The notes below the pieces were generated by a model that had not been told where the DNA came from, did no database searches, and saw only the letters and a list, made by a program, of their open reading frames with translations. Of a stretch of DNA of 64,000 bases, positions 38,183 to 50,261 are shown in pieces (position 1 is the first letter of the stretch; the number at the start of each line of letters is the position of its first letter). The DNA lies in the NCBI RefSeq assembly GCF_963921235.1, contig NC_086109.1, positions 31,250,001 to 31,314,000 on the forward strand. The letters run 5' to 3'. This stretch comes from Mobula hypostoma. Its lineage: Eukaryota. Made by a program: the position numbers and the translations under genes.

Positions 38183-39459
38183 GTACCTCTTCCTAGAGAT
38201 GCTGCCTGGCCTGCTGCGTTTACCAGCAAATTTGATGCGTGCTGTTTCTGTGCTGTAGTTTTTCTATGGATTCTATGGTTTTCTATAGTCCAGTTTTAAT
38301 TTAACCTTTACTATCCATTCTAGCTGATTTTTGTCACAAGCCTGGAGCATGCACAAGGTAGACCTGTCCCAAAGCCTGACCATGGACCATAGCCTGGAAT
38401 GTGATATTATGATTCTATATTAATGGATATACCATCTGTAGGCCAGAATATCTGATATAATTGAACATGTCCATGTATCTCCAAATGTTAGATGACTCAA
38501 TGTGTTCATTTATCTTTTCACATTAATTTCTCGAAAGCAATTTTTATTCCATATCCCAAAATTTCACAGAGAGATTTGCGAATTTTCTGAGAGCAAATTT
38601 CCATAAATGAATGGTTGTAACAGGGGATTGATGTTGAGCTTTAAACTGAAATTCAATTTCTTGGATTGCATTGTCCAGCATTTGTAAACCAAAATTCCGT
38701 AAGACCTTCTTCTACCAGATGTCGAAGTAGAAATCTGTTTTTTGCCTCAGAGCACATTCCTATTTTCTCTCTCTACTTAGGGCAACCATTCTGTAATGCA
38801 GATTAAACCCACAAATGAAACAGTGGCAGGTTTTATGTTCTTTATTTTTTTAGGCTTTATTCGCCTTTGTTCTAAATCAGCATTTTCCTTACAGATTTTC
38901 CATAGTGACTTGCACAAAACAATAACTTTCCATTAACTTCATAATTGAATACAACTGCAAATTTGAAATAGAATTGCCTGTTCACCTGCTCTACATTGCA
39001 GAAGGTGAGATGGATACAAAGCCTGAGATGTGTTAAAGGAATGCATCTCTGTTCTTTAATCATATTCAAATTTCATTATGTCTTAAAAATAACAAGTCAT
39101 GGAGAACTAGGCTATTGCAGGTGTCATATAAATTTAATGCAATTCTGTTTCTCTTCCATTTCTCTCCATCATCTTATTTATAAGGAGTGATCATCTTAGT
39201 CGCTTTTCTTGTGATCACAAGACTGTGTTGGACATTGTGGAATGCTTCAATCCGATTCACGGATTTATTGGTAGAAGGCAGGAGCGGGCAGCAGAGAAGC
39301 TGTGTGGCCTAAGTCATAGCGAGGACTAGCTCTCAAGCTGCCATGTCGCCTGTTTAGAGTTGCCCAGAGAGGGGCGTTGGAGTCAGTGTGCTCCACTGAA
39401 GGAGGTGTGACGCAGCATCCAAGCTGGAGTTAGTGCTACCCCAGTGCTCACTCACCAGA

Positions 39460-42400
39460 AGACCATAAGATCATAAGATATAGCAGCAGGATGAGGCCAT
39501 TTGGGATATCGAGTCTGCTCCACTATTTAATCATAGCTGACCATGTCTTCCTCTCAGCCCAAATTCCTGCTTTTCCTCCATATCCCTACATGTCCTGAGG
39601 GACAAGGATCTATCAACCTCCACTTTAAATATACATTAAGACTTGGCCTCCACAGCTGTCTGTGGCAATGAATTCCACAGATTCACCTCTCTCTTGCTAA
39701 AGAAATTCCTCCTCATCTCTGTTATAAAAGGACGCTCCTCTATTCTGAGGCTATGTCCTCCGGTCTTAGACTCTCCTATCAGAGGAAACAGTCTCTGCAT
39801 ATTCACTCTATTCAAATATGTCACTTTCAGTCTTGTATTCACTGTTTTCATTTTTTCCACCTTTTACATTGCAACTTATCCTGCTGACTGCAATTTTGTC
39901 CTACCATGAACCTCTCCTCACTACACATTGCCTCTTTTTGTAAACCACCTACCTCATCTTCAGGAGTATCACTCTGGATCCCCTCCCCCTTCCAAATTAG
40001 TTTAAAACCTCCTGATCAATTCTGGCTAATCTACCTGCAACGATATTGGACCCCCTCAGGTTCAGGTGTAACCTATTCCTTTTATACATGTCATACCTTC
40101 CCCAGAAGAGATCCCAATGACCCATAAATCTGAACCGCTGCTCCTGCCCTGCCAAATCACCCTATTCTTACTCTCACTGGCATGGGACACAGGCAGCAAT
40201 CCAGAGATTACTACTTTGGAGGTCTTGATTTTCAGCTTTCCTCCGAGCTCCCTAAAATCTCTTCAGGGCTTCCACACCTTGTTCGTATATATCACTGGTG
40301 CTGATGTGTACCAAGACTTCTGGCTGCTCACCCTCGTCCTTCAGGATGCCATGGAGCCCAATCCGAGACATCCCTGATCACGGCACCAGGGAGGCAACAT
40401 ACCATCCAGGTGTCTTGAACCTTCTTTGAATCCTCTCCAGTTTCAGCACATCCTTTCTAAGATAAAGGGCCCAAAACTGCTCACAATACTCCAAGTGAAT
40501 CCTCACTAGTCTCAACATTACATCCTTGCTTTTATATTCTAGTCCACTTGAAATGAATGCTTACTTCACATTCACCTTCCTCAACACAGACCCAATTAAC
40601 CTTAAAGGAATCCTGCACAAGGACTTGCAAGTCCTTTAACACCTCAGTTTTTTTGTACTTTCTCTCCATTTAAAAAATAGTCAACCCTTTCATTTCTTCT
40701 ACCAAAGTGCATGACCATACACTTTGATGACCAAAACTGTATTCTATTTGCCATTTTTTGCCCATTCTCCTAACCTGTCTAAGTCCTTCCATAGCCTCTC
40801 AATAGCCTCAAAGCTACCTGCCCCACCACGTATTTTCAAAGGTTCAAATGCCCAATGTAATGTCAGGGAAATGTATGCAATATATATCCTGAAATGATTT
40901 TTCTTTGCAAACATCCACAAAAACAGAGAACTGCCCCAAAGAATGAACGACAGTTAAACATGAGAACCCCAAAAAGTCCCCCTGAATCCACCCCCCCACG
41001 CATAAGTAGCAGGGAGCAACGATCCCCCCACTCCTCCCACTGGCAAAAACAAAGCACGCATCAGCACCGCCACCAAGTACTCAAGTGTGAGCAAAGAAAT
41101 AGCAAAGATAGAGACTTGCAGTTACCTCAAAGACTTCGCGTTTCATCCGACATTCAACATACCACAGACTTTTTCCCTCCCTAATAAGGGAGAGGGAAGT
41201 ATCTCCATTTTCCCAGCGAGTGGGGAGATGCAACAAACAACATGCTGGTTTACGGTGTTAAAAATCCATTACGTCGATTTTTTCAAGTTCTGTTCCTGAA
41301 GATCGCAAAGATCCTGGGCCTTTAGGCACACAGCAGCAGTAGATCTTCTGGCACTCCTGACGACACACGGCTCTTTTGCAATGACACCGACCCTCAATCT
41401 GCCCGTCTCCAGAGCCCTGAGATCTTAGGCTTCCAAACACGAGAGAGACTCTCAGGCCGAACCCTTGACGTGCCGAACAACAGCCAATCGTGAAACCCCA
41501 AGAACGGGTCCCATTCCAGCAAAGAACCGAAGTCAGCATGTAACTCCAGGTCAGGGTCTTCAAAAGAACCCAGGAAAGGGAAAGTAAAGGTATTAAAACT
41601 AGAAATAGAGCTGTTTCCAGAGATGCAAGTGAAGGAGTCACCGTTTAGCACCATCTTAAGTCTGCTTCCATATTCATATCATCTGCAAACTTGGCAAAAA
41701 AGTCATCAATTCCATCATCTAAATTATTGACATATAACATAAAACAAACTGGTTCCAACATGGATCCCCTATGGAACACCACTAGTCACTGGCAGCCAAC
41801 TAGAAAAAGCTTCCTTTATTCCTACTCTTTGCATCCTCCCAATCAGCCAGTACTTTATCCACTCTAGAATCTTTCCTGTAATACCATGAGCTCATAGCTT
41901 GTTAAGGAGCCTCCTGTGTGACACCTTGTCAAAGGCCTTCTGAAGATTCAATTACACAACATCAACCAATTTTCCTTTGTCTATACTGCTTGTTATCTCT
42001 TCAAAGAATCCCAACAGATGTGTTAGGTAGGATTTTCCCTTGAGGAATCCATGCTGACTGCCACCTACTTTATCATGTGTCTGTTATATAGCCAGAGTGT
42101 GCTAAAGGAACAAAGACGTAAGTGAGGTTATGAGATCGATTAAATATAGTAAATACATTTCCAATGAATTTGAAATAACTTTTGTGAAGTGCAGGACTTT
42201 GTGTTTCATGAGGATTAGAAGGGATAGTTGAATAATTGTGGCTGTAGTTGGCTATATATATGGTATCCAGTATGAAAGGAAGGTGAAGAGTGGAACAATT
42301 TAAGTGTGTGGGGGGGAGAGAGAGAGAGAGAGAGCAGGAGAGCAATCTGGCAGGCTGCAAGATTGTTTGGTATGGAAGGGCACAGGATTGAAAGAAGCTG

Positions 42401-43808
42401 CAGAAAGTTGTAAAATTAGTCAGCTCCATCTTGGACACTTTCCTCCATAGTATCCAAGACATCTTCAAGGAGCGGTGCCTCAGAAAGGTGGCATCCATTA
42501 TTAATAATGCCCATCATCCCTCTTCTCAATGTTACCGTCAGGAAGGAGGTACTAAAGCCCAAAGGCACATACTCAGTGATTCAGGAACAGCTTCTTCGCC
42601 TCTTCCATCTGATTCCTCAATGGGCATTAAACCCATAAACACTATCTCACTTTTTTTGTTTTTACATTATTTCTGTTTCTGCAATATTTTTATTTTAATT
42701 ATTTAATATACACACATATGCTTACTGTAATGATTTACTGATTTACTTATTTATTTTTCTTTTTTTTCTCTATATTATCATGTATTGCATTGTACTGCTA
42801 CCACTAAGTTAACAAATTTCACAATATATGTCAGTGATATTAAACTTGATTCTGATCTTCTGCTCTTTTCTTAGATAAGGGGACCTGCTTTTTGTGACCT
42901 GCATTCTGCTCACAATGTTCCAAGTACAGTCAGACCAATGCCTTATAAAACTCAACATTATACTTTTGCTTTTATATTCCAGTCCTCTCGAAATGAATGC
43001 TAACGTTACATTTGCCTTCTTTACCAACAACTAAACCTGCAAGTTATTCTTTAGGGAAACCTGAACAAGGACTCTCAATTCTCTTTGCACTCTTAATTTT
43101 TGAATTTTCTCCCTGCTTAGAAAGTAGTCTATGCCTTTATTCCTTTCACCAAAGTGCATGACCATACACTTCCATGCACTATATTCCATCTGACACTCTC
43201 TTGCCTGCTCTCCCAATCTGTCCACGTCTTCCAGCAGATTCTCAGCTTCCTCAATACCTCCATCTACCTTCATATCTTCTTCAAATCTGGCAACAAAGTT
43301 ATCAATTCCATTATCCAAATTGTTGACAGATAATGTAAAAAGAAGTGGTCCAAATACTGTCCCCTGTGTAACACTACAAGTCACCCGCAGCCAACCAGAA
43401 TAGACCCCCTTTATTCCCATGTTAGTATCTTTCCTGTAATACCACGGGCTCTTATCTTGTTAGGCAGCCTCATGTGTGACATTCTAAAAGTTCAAGTAAA
43501 CAACTTTCACTGGCTCTCCTTTGTCAATTGTGCCTGTTATTTCCTCAAAGAATTCCAACAGATGTATCAGACAAGATTCCTCCTAAGGAAGCTATGCTGA
43601 CTTTGTCCTAGTTTATTATGTGCCTCCAAATACCCCAAAAGCTCATCCTTAATAAGGGACTCCAAAATCTTCCTCACCACTCCAGTCAGGCCTTTAACTT
43701 CCCTTCTTCTGCCTCCCTCCCTTCCTAAAGAGTGAAGTGACATTTACAATGCTTACGTGTTCCCAAACCATTCCAGAATCTAGTGATTCTTGAAAGATCA
43801 TTACTAAA
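39460..43808 (-). mobile_element. Cluster of decayed CR1 fragments with nested elements
   Basis: 3'UTR (CATAAGA)n at 39460; RT pieces 40416-40835, 41665-42080 and 42860-43808 (QGTVFGPLLFTLSVNNLD); ORF1 esterase-like piece ~39990-40415; nested non-coding element ~40837-41658; nested plus-strand Rex1 tail ~42340-42856. Confidence 0.8.
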
Positions 43809-44165
43809 GATAATATTTATATTTTCCTCTAAAATTTTATTTTACTGAGAGAAGTTTGGACCATTATTTTTATTTTATCTATTGCTTCAGTTTGATTTTG
43901 TCCTTGCTTATTTCAAGATATGCACTATTTCTGTCACTCCTCCACAAGCTGTACCTCAGCTCTATTGTTTCTTGGCTCTCTGGACTTCAGCTCCTGTCCT
44001 GACTGTGAAAATCCATAGAGATTTGAATGCCTCTTTAGAAAGTTGTTATTCTTGTTTCAGAGCTCCATTAGATTCGATTGCTATATTGTTGAACAGTTTT
44101 TATGAAATCGGATTCCACTGAAATTATTAACATGTTAAAAATAAAGGGATGTTATTAAAATTATT

Positions 44166-44388
44166 AAGCCAGCTGGTGGCGTAGTGGCATCATCGCCGGA
44201 CTTCGGAGCGAAAGTTCCCGAGTTGGAATCCAGCCGGCTCCCTTGCATGCTTTCCATCCATGATGGGTTGAGTGTCGAGCTAGCAACTCAGCCTCGTAAA
44301 AATAAGAAAGCCTGCTAAAAAAAAAAACGCCGTCATGACGGCATCCCGATGATTCCACTCGGAGTTAAGGGCTTTCTTCTTCTTCTTC
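44166..44388 (+). repeat. Young tRNA-derived SINE with (TTC)n tail
   Basis: A box TGGCGTAGTGG; B box GAGTTGGAATCC; 13-bp TSD TATTAAAATTATT (44153-65, 44389-401). Confidence 0.9.
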
Positions 44389-45152
44389 TATTAAAATTAT
44401 TGAAACAGTTAAAATGTTTCTAACTTCAAGGTATGGCTAAGTGCTTCAATAAACCTGTTTTCAGACAGAGATTTAGTATACATGGTAAATGATGTCAGTG
44501 ACTGAAATAGTCAGCATCTGTAACACTGTAATTTGAAACAGGCCTCACTTCTGTTGGTTTCATTTGTAAATATATTATATAATATTAAAATAGCAAAAAA
44601 AATACCAATTGTCATTATGACCTAAATATTTCAAGTCTTTTTCAAGTTGTGCTTTCATATAAATCCTGGAAGCACAGTGACTAAAACATTTTCAATTTCA
44701 AGGTCACTTCAGAGATACAACTCCAGTAGTTTTTTTTCATTAAGGCAGGGAATTCCTGGCAGTCATGCCCTTCATACATTAGCAATACAAAAACGTTAGG
44801 AGGAACTGATTAAGAAAATATGAATCTTCTATTAATTGAGACACAAGAGTGAACAAAATATCAAATATTATTTATTTGCCAAGTCTGGTTCTAAAGCTAT
44901 TCTATGGACTATTTTTACTATTTATTATAGATCAGATCATTTTAACATTTATAAAGGTTTCACTGAAATGTCCCATTAGGTTTACAACTTCTTATCCTTC
45001 TGCTTAATATGGACGATTTAAGGAAAAACATCATTGTGGTTTAGAAGCTGCCAGGGCACAGTAGGTATTTACATAAATATCATAGAAAGTATCAAAGGGC
45101 CTTATTGAAGCTGGAGCAAACAGTGAATAAATGCCCAGTCCAATGAAAAGTT

Positions 45153-46242
45153 AACAACAGGAATTCTGCAGATGCTGGAAATTCAAGCAACACACATCAA
45201 AGTTGCTGGTGAACGCAGCAGGCCAGGCAGCATCTGTAGGAAGAGGTGCAGTTGACGTTTCAGGCTGAGACCCTTCGTCAGGACTAACTGAAGGAAAAGT
45301 GAGTAAGGGATTTGAAAGTTGGAGCGGGAGGGGGAGATCCAAAATGATAGGAGAAGACAGGAGGGGGAGGAATGGAGCCAAGAGCTGGACAAGTGATAGG
45401 CAAAAGGGGATACGAGAGGATCATGGGACATGGGATCATGTCAGAATGGGAATGGGATGTGGAATTAAAATGTGTGGCCACTGGGAGATCCTGCTTTCTC
45501 TGGCGGACAGAGCGTAGATGTTCAGCAAAGCTGTCTCCCAGTCTACGTCGGGTCTCGCCAATATATAAAAGGCCACATCGGGAGCACCGGATGCAGTATA
45601 TCACCCCAGTCGACTCACAGGTGAAGTGTTGCCTCACCTTAAAGGACTGTTTGGGGCCCTGAATGGTGGTAAGGGAGGAAGTGTAATTTTAATTCCACAT
45701 CCCATTCCCGTTCTGACATGTCTATCCACGGCCTCCTCTGCTGTAAAGATGAAGCCACACTCAGGTTGGAGGAACAACACCTTATATTCCGTCTGGGTAG
45801 CCTCCAACCTGATGGCATGAACATCGACTTCTCTAACTTCCGCTAAGGCCCCACCTCCCCCTCGTACCCCATCTGTTACTTATTTTGATGCACACATTCT
45901 TTGTCTCACTCTCCTTTTTCTCCCTCTGTCCCTCTGACTATACCCCTTGCCCATCCTCTGTTCCCCCCCCAACCCATCTTTCTCCCTGGACCTCCTGTCC
46001 CATGATCCTCTCATATCCCCTTTGCCAATCACCTGTCCAGCTCTCGGCTCCATCCCTCCCCCTCCTGTCTTCTCCTATCATTTTGGATCTCCCCCTCCCC
46101 CTCCAACTTTCAAATCCCTTACTCACTCTTCCTTCAGTTAGTCCTGACGAAGGGTCTCAGCCTGAAATGTCGACTGCACCTCTTCCTACAGATGCTGCCT
46201 GGCCTGCTGCGTTCACCAGCAACTTTGATGTGTGTTGCTTGT
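45153..46242. mobile_element. Non-autonomous palindromic Penelope derivative (minus arm to ~45685, then plus arm)
   Basis: 14-bp TSD TCCAATGAAAAGTT (45139-52, 46243-56); GIY-YIG fragment in ORF 45284-45637; hammerhead motifs at 45250-45285 (-) and 46140-46175 (+). Confidence 0.93.
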
Positions 46243-49200
46243 TCCAATGAAAAGTTGCATGCCCTGGGAATAACTACAGTGAATTCAGAAATGTACCATT
46301 TTTCTTCTTAATTTTCACTGCCATCAAAAAATTGTTGCCAAGAAAATTTGAACCAAAACAAAGCCAAAAATTACTCCATTTTATTCCCTAAGTTCTCATC
46401 ACCTACTTTGCAGATTATTACAGATTTGAAGCCGTGTTTGAATTTATTTTGCACTGATTCTAAATGTTCTATGGTGAATTTGCAATCAAAATGAACAGTC
46501 TTCTTACCATAAATTCACTACGAAAAAAAAACAGATTCAAAGGACATCATCAGATTTCATTTGATGACATATTATGGCATATAGAAGCTAGTCACATGTT
46601 AAGTTTTAAAAGGGTTTACTTGGCATGCATTTAAGGAGTTTGTATACTTCATTGTGAGAGTCCACCAAGTCTAATTCATCCTCTGCTACTCTTGGAGCTG
46701 CAAAAGTTCTTTTGGACTCATTTTGCTTCTACCTAAAACTAACTTTCTGTAATTCAGTTAACTCTTCTAATATACCCCTTACATCTACATTTAAGTTACT
46801 ACTTCTGTAAAAGAGTCACAAATTCCTTTTGCCTGTTTATACTAACAATTTTGTTTTCACTCTGGGCTCTGAGCTTGTGAGTTATTAACCTCCATCATGA
46901 ACCACTCAGCAGAGCATCATTCACACTTCAGGTTGACCATGATCAGAAGCAACCTATCTGATACATCAGAATTAAGCCAACACTTTGCCAGTCCAATTGA
47001 CACTACTGGGTGAAATCATCATTCATTTTTGTAACATATTTCCATTATTAGAAAATAAAACTTTAAATTTAAGTATGTATTTCCTTTTGTATCTTGGTTT
47101 GCTATTGGCTATATGATGTAATATTAGCCTGTCAATGGATTACTCAAATATCTAAGGAGAAAAAATGAATCAGAATCAGGTTTCATCACTAACTATGTGA
47201 AATTTTCTATTTTGTAGCAGCAGTACATTGCAATACATAAAAAAACTAAATTGCTATTTGTATGTATGTCTTTCTTATATATACATAGTGCAAAAAGACA
47301 GCAAACATACTGAGGTTGTGTTCAAAGGTTGGTTCACAGGCCATTCAGAAATCTGATGGCAGAACAGAAGAAACTGTAGCTAAAATGTCCAGTGTGTATC
47401 TTCAGTCATTTCTGACATCAGGTAGTTTTATGCAGCAGTCGTCATTGGGCAGATATCCAAACTGAGATTCTTTCGGATTTCAAATATTTCTTATTCTACG
47501 TTGATAATGAAATTGCTTGATGCTAAATGTTTCCTTATTTAATTAATATTAATCTACCTTCTTCCATATTCTGTCAATTTAGAATATAATGGCATTCAGG
47601 AGAACTATTTTGATCAAAGCCTTCCTTCAATGCTATTATTGAGTAGAGTTGCATTCAGGGATGAGGGCTGACTTGTGGGGGAAGTGGAGCGAAGGAGCCA
47701 CAGAGTTATGAAATCATACAACACGAGCCTTTCTGTTCATCATGTAGATGTTGGCCATAAAGTGTCAACCCTTACTACCATTTCTCAACGCTTAGCCTGC
47801 AAACCTCCATAAAATAGCTTTTCAAGGGTTCATCTTATTACATGCATTTTGTAAAAGTTTCTGTATCTGCCTCAGAAAGTGCATTCCAAATTTCAACCAC
47901 TTTCTGGATGAAAGAATTTATGAGCAGCTCATCTTTAAGTCTTACATTGCTAACTTTAAATATTTATCTTATGGTCAAAAATTCCTCTGCTCAGGGGAAA
48001 AGCTTCTTACAACTAGACTATCTTTGTCATTGTTCTGTATACCTCAATCAGAACAGCCTCAAACTTCTTTGTTATGAAGAAAACAACCCCATCATATCCA
48101 GTCTGTCTTTGTAGCTGAAACACTATTCCAAGCAATATCTTGGTGAATCTTCTCTGCATTCTTCTTGATTGTTGGCTCTGTCAATAAATTCATGAATGAG
48201 CCTTATGATGAAGGAGCAAAAACTGCAATGTTGGTGTTGGCATTTGTGAAGGAACATCAAAAGCCAATGTTTCAGAAGGAGGCCATTTATCTAGGCTGAA
48301 ATAATAGAAGGGAGATAGCTAGTTATAAAAAGGCAAGGAGAAGGGTGGAACAAGAACTGGCAAGTGACAGGTGGAAGAGTGATTGTCAGATAGAGTAGGC
48401 AAGTGTGACAGAGACTGGGATGTGATTGATGGAGGCAGCAAAGAGCTGCAGCTGATGGAATCTGATGGGAAAAGAAGACGGAGCATGGAACTTAAAAAGG
48501 GAGTTGAAGTGGACAGATAGAAATATTGAGTGGAGGGGAAACAGTGGGTGGGTGATAGGCAGATGGAGCTAGTGGAGGTAATGGACATTTCTAAACATAT
48601 TCACACTACAGCAGTAAGACATGTATGCCCTCAGAAAGCTGCCAAATTCCTAATCATGCCCTTGATGGTGAGGATTTAATTATCACTATGGAATCAAAGC
48701 TAATTTGAATATTGAAAGAACTACTTGCCATTTTGATAAGGAGAATTGCAGGAATATATTCTGTTAAATATGATACTGTGGGCAAAGTGTGAGTGTAGCT
48801 GGTAATCATTTGAAATAAGTCAATGTTTCAGTTCTTACGTAAACAAATCCAGCAAGAAAATAAAAAAAGTGAAAACAAGATCCAAATTCCCTAACTGCAT
48901 ATATGTTTTAAATTTATTGCAAATGAAAATCAACACAACATAGTTGCAATACCCAGAAATGTTTTTAGGCTCTAATTATAATTAAAAGCTTTGATATAAT
49001 GGTTTGGTAAAATGTGATCTGCAAATATCACTAAGAACCTTGTAGATCTCAGGCCCATCAAAAATATCTTACAATCAATGAACAATTATCACAATTACAG
49101 CTGTAAACATCCTCCCACACGTTGTCATCAGATGTGTGCTGAACCTGAAATGACAAGGAAATAGTAACAGATTACATAAACTCAAAGATGGAAATGATTA

Positions 49201-50261
49201 GTTCTACTGTAATTATAGATAGTCCTGGAATAATAACACTTGACAGAATTATTAAAATATTTAGTTTTCTACCACGAGCACATAATAAATAAAAAGAACA
49301 GTCTTCCATTTATATAGCAGATTTCTGTTCTTTTTTTGCTTTGTTCAGAAATAGTACAATAAATGACCAATCCACAAAATTACAGATTGTGGCAAGGCAA
49401 TCATTTTGAACTTGCAGTTCATTTATAAATTCTAGTTCCTACACTTTATAATAACAGAAATCACCTTCTGGTGTCATCTAGTATATGAACATTGTCAAGG
49501 CACTGGGTGAATACTACTACACAGTGACAGTAAAACTTAGTTCAACATCTCATTCTAAAGGCAACAAAACTCTGGTCTTGATGACATGTGCCACATAAAG
49601 TACTCAGCAGGCCAGTCAGCATCCATGGAGAGAGGCATAGAGCTAATATTTCAGATAGTTACCGGAACTGTGAAGAGTAACAAACAAACCACATTTTACG
49701 ATGCAGTGAAAGAGGAGAGGAAAGAGATGATAAAGGAATGTCAGTGATTGGGTGGAAGGAAGGAAAGAACATTTATCTCAGGTAACAAAAGAGGAGACTA
49801 AAAGATGGTGATAAACAGTAATGAAAAACAAGGGCTGATGGAGCTGCAGATTGAACGTAATGAGAGTAATAGAAAAAACAAATGAAATTACAAATACTGG
49901 AAATGTACCTACCACAAAGAGTAATTAAGATGAATATTATAACAGTTTTCAAGAGAAAGATAAATACATGCATGAAAATATAAGGAATATAATTATGAGC
50001 TCCTGTTTTAGAAGATTGTTAAAGTCTTGTTAATTTGGAATATCAACCAGGTGGACAGACTAGTCTAATTCTGTGTTGCATGTTTAATATAATTATTTAA
50101 TTCTCCAAACAAGTAACTTCTTGAGAGGGAATAATTAAGTCAAGATAATATATTTTAATGCCAACCAATCTGACAGCTTAGCCATATCATATTTTTTGCA
50201 CGTTACAGCTGAACTAAACTTCAGAAAAATGTTTTAAGTGTAGCTGTTCTAGCCTCTAGAG

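Larger units (their letters stand above)
34069..38241. mobile_element. Penelope-like (Neptune-type) insertion: inverted 3' copy (minus, 34069-~35312) joined to a longer plus copy (~35313-38241)
   Basis: 13-bp TSD CTGTTTCTGTGCT (34056-68, 38242-54); the two arms are reverse complements of each other. Confidence 0.93.

Noticed and set aside
44168..44245. tRNA gene
   Set aside because: It is the tRNA-derived head of a SINE with body, tail and TSD
49073..49144. Possible minus-strand exon (TTCCTTGTCATTTCAG|VQHTSDDNVWEDVYSC...)
   Set aside because: Good acceptor but weak donor, peptide not recognised, no partner exons; would need RNA-seq
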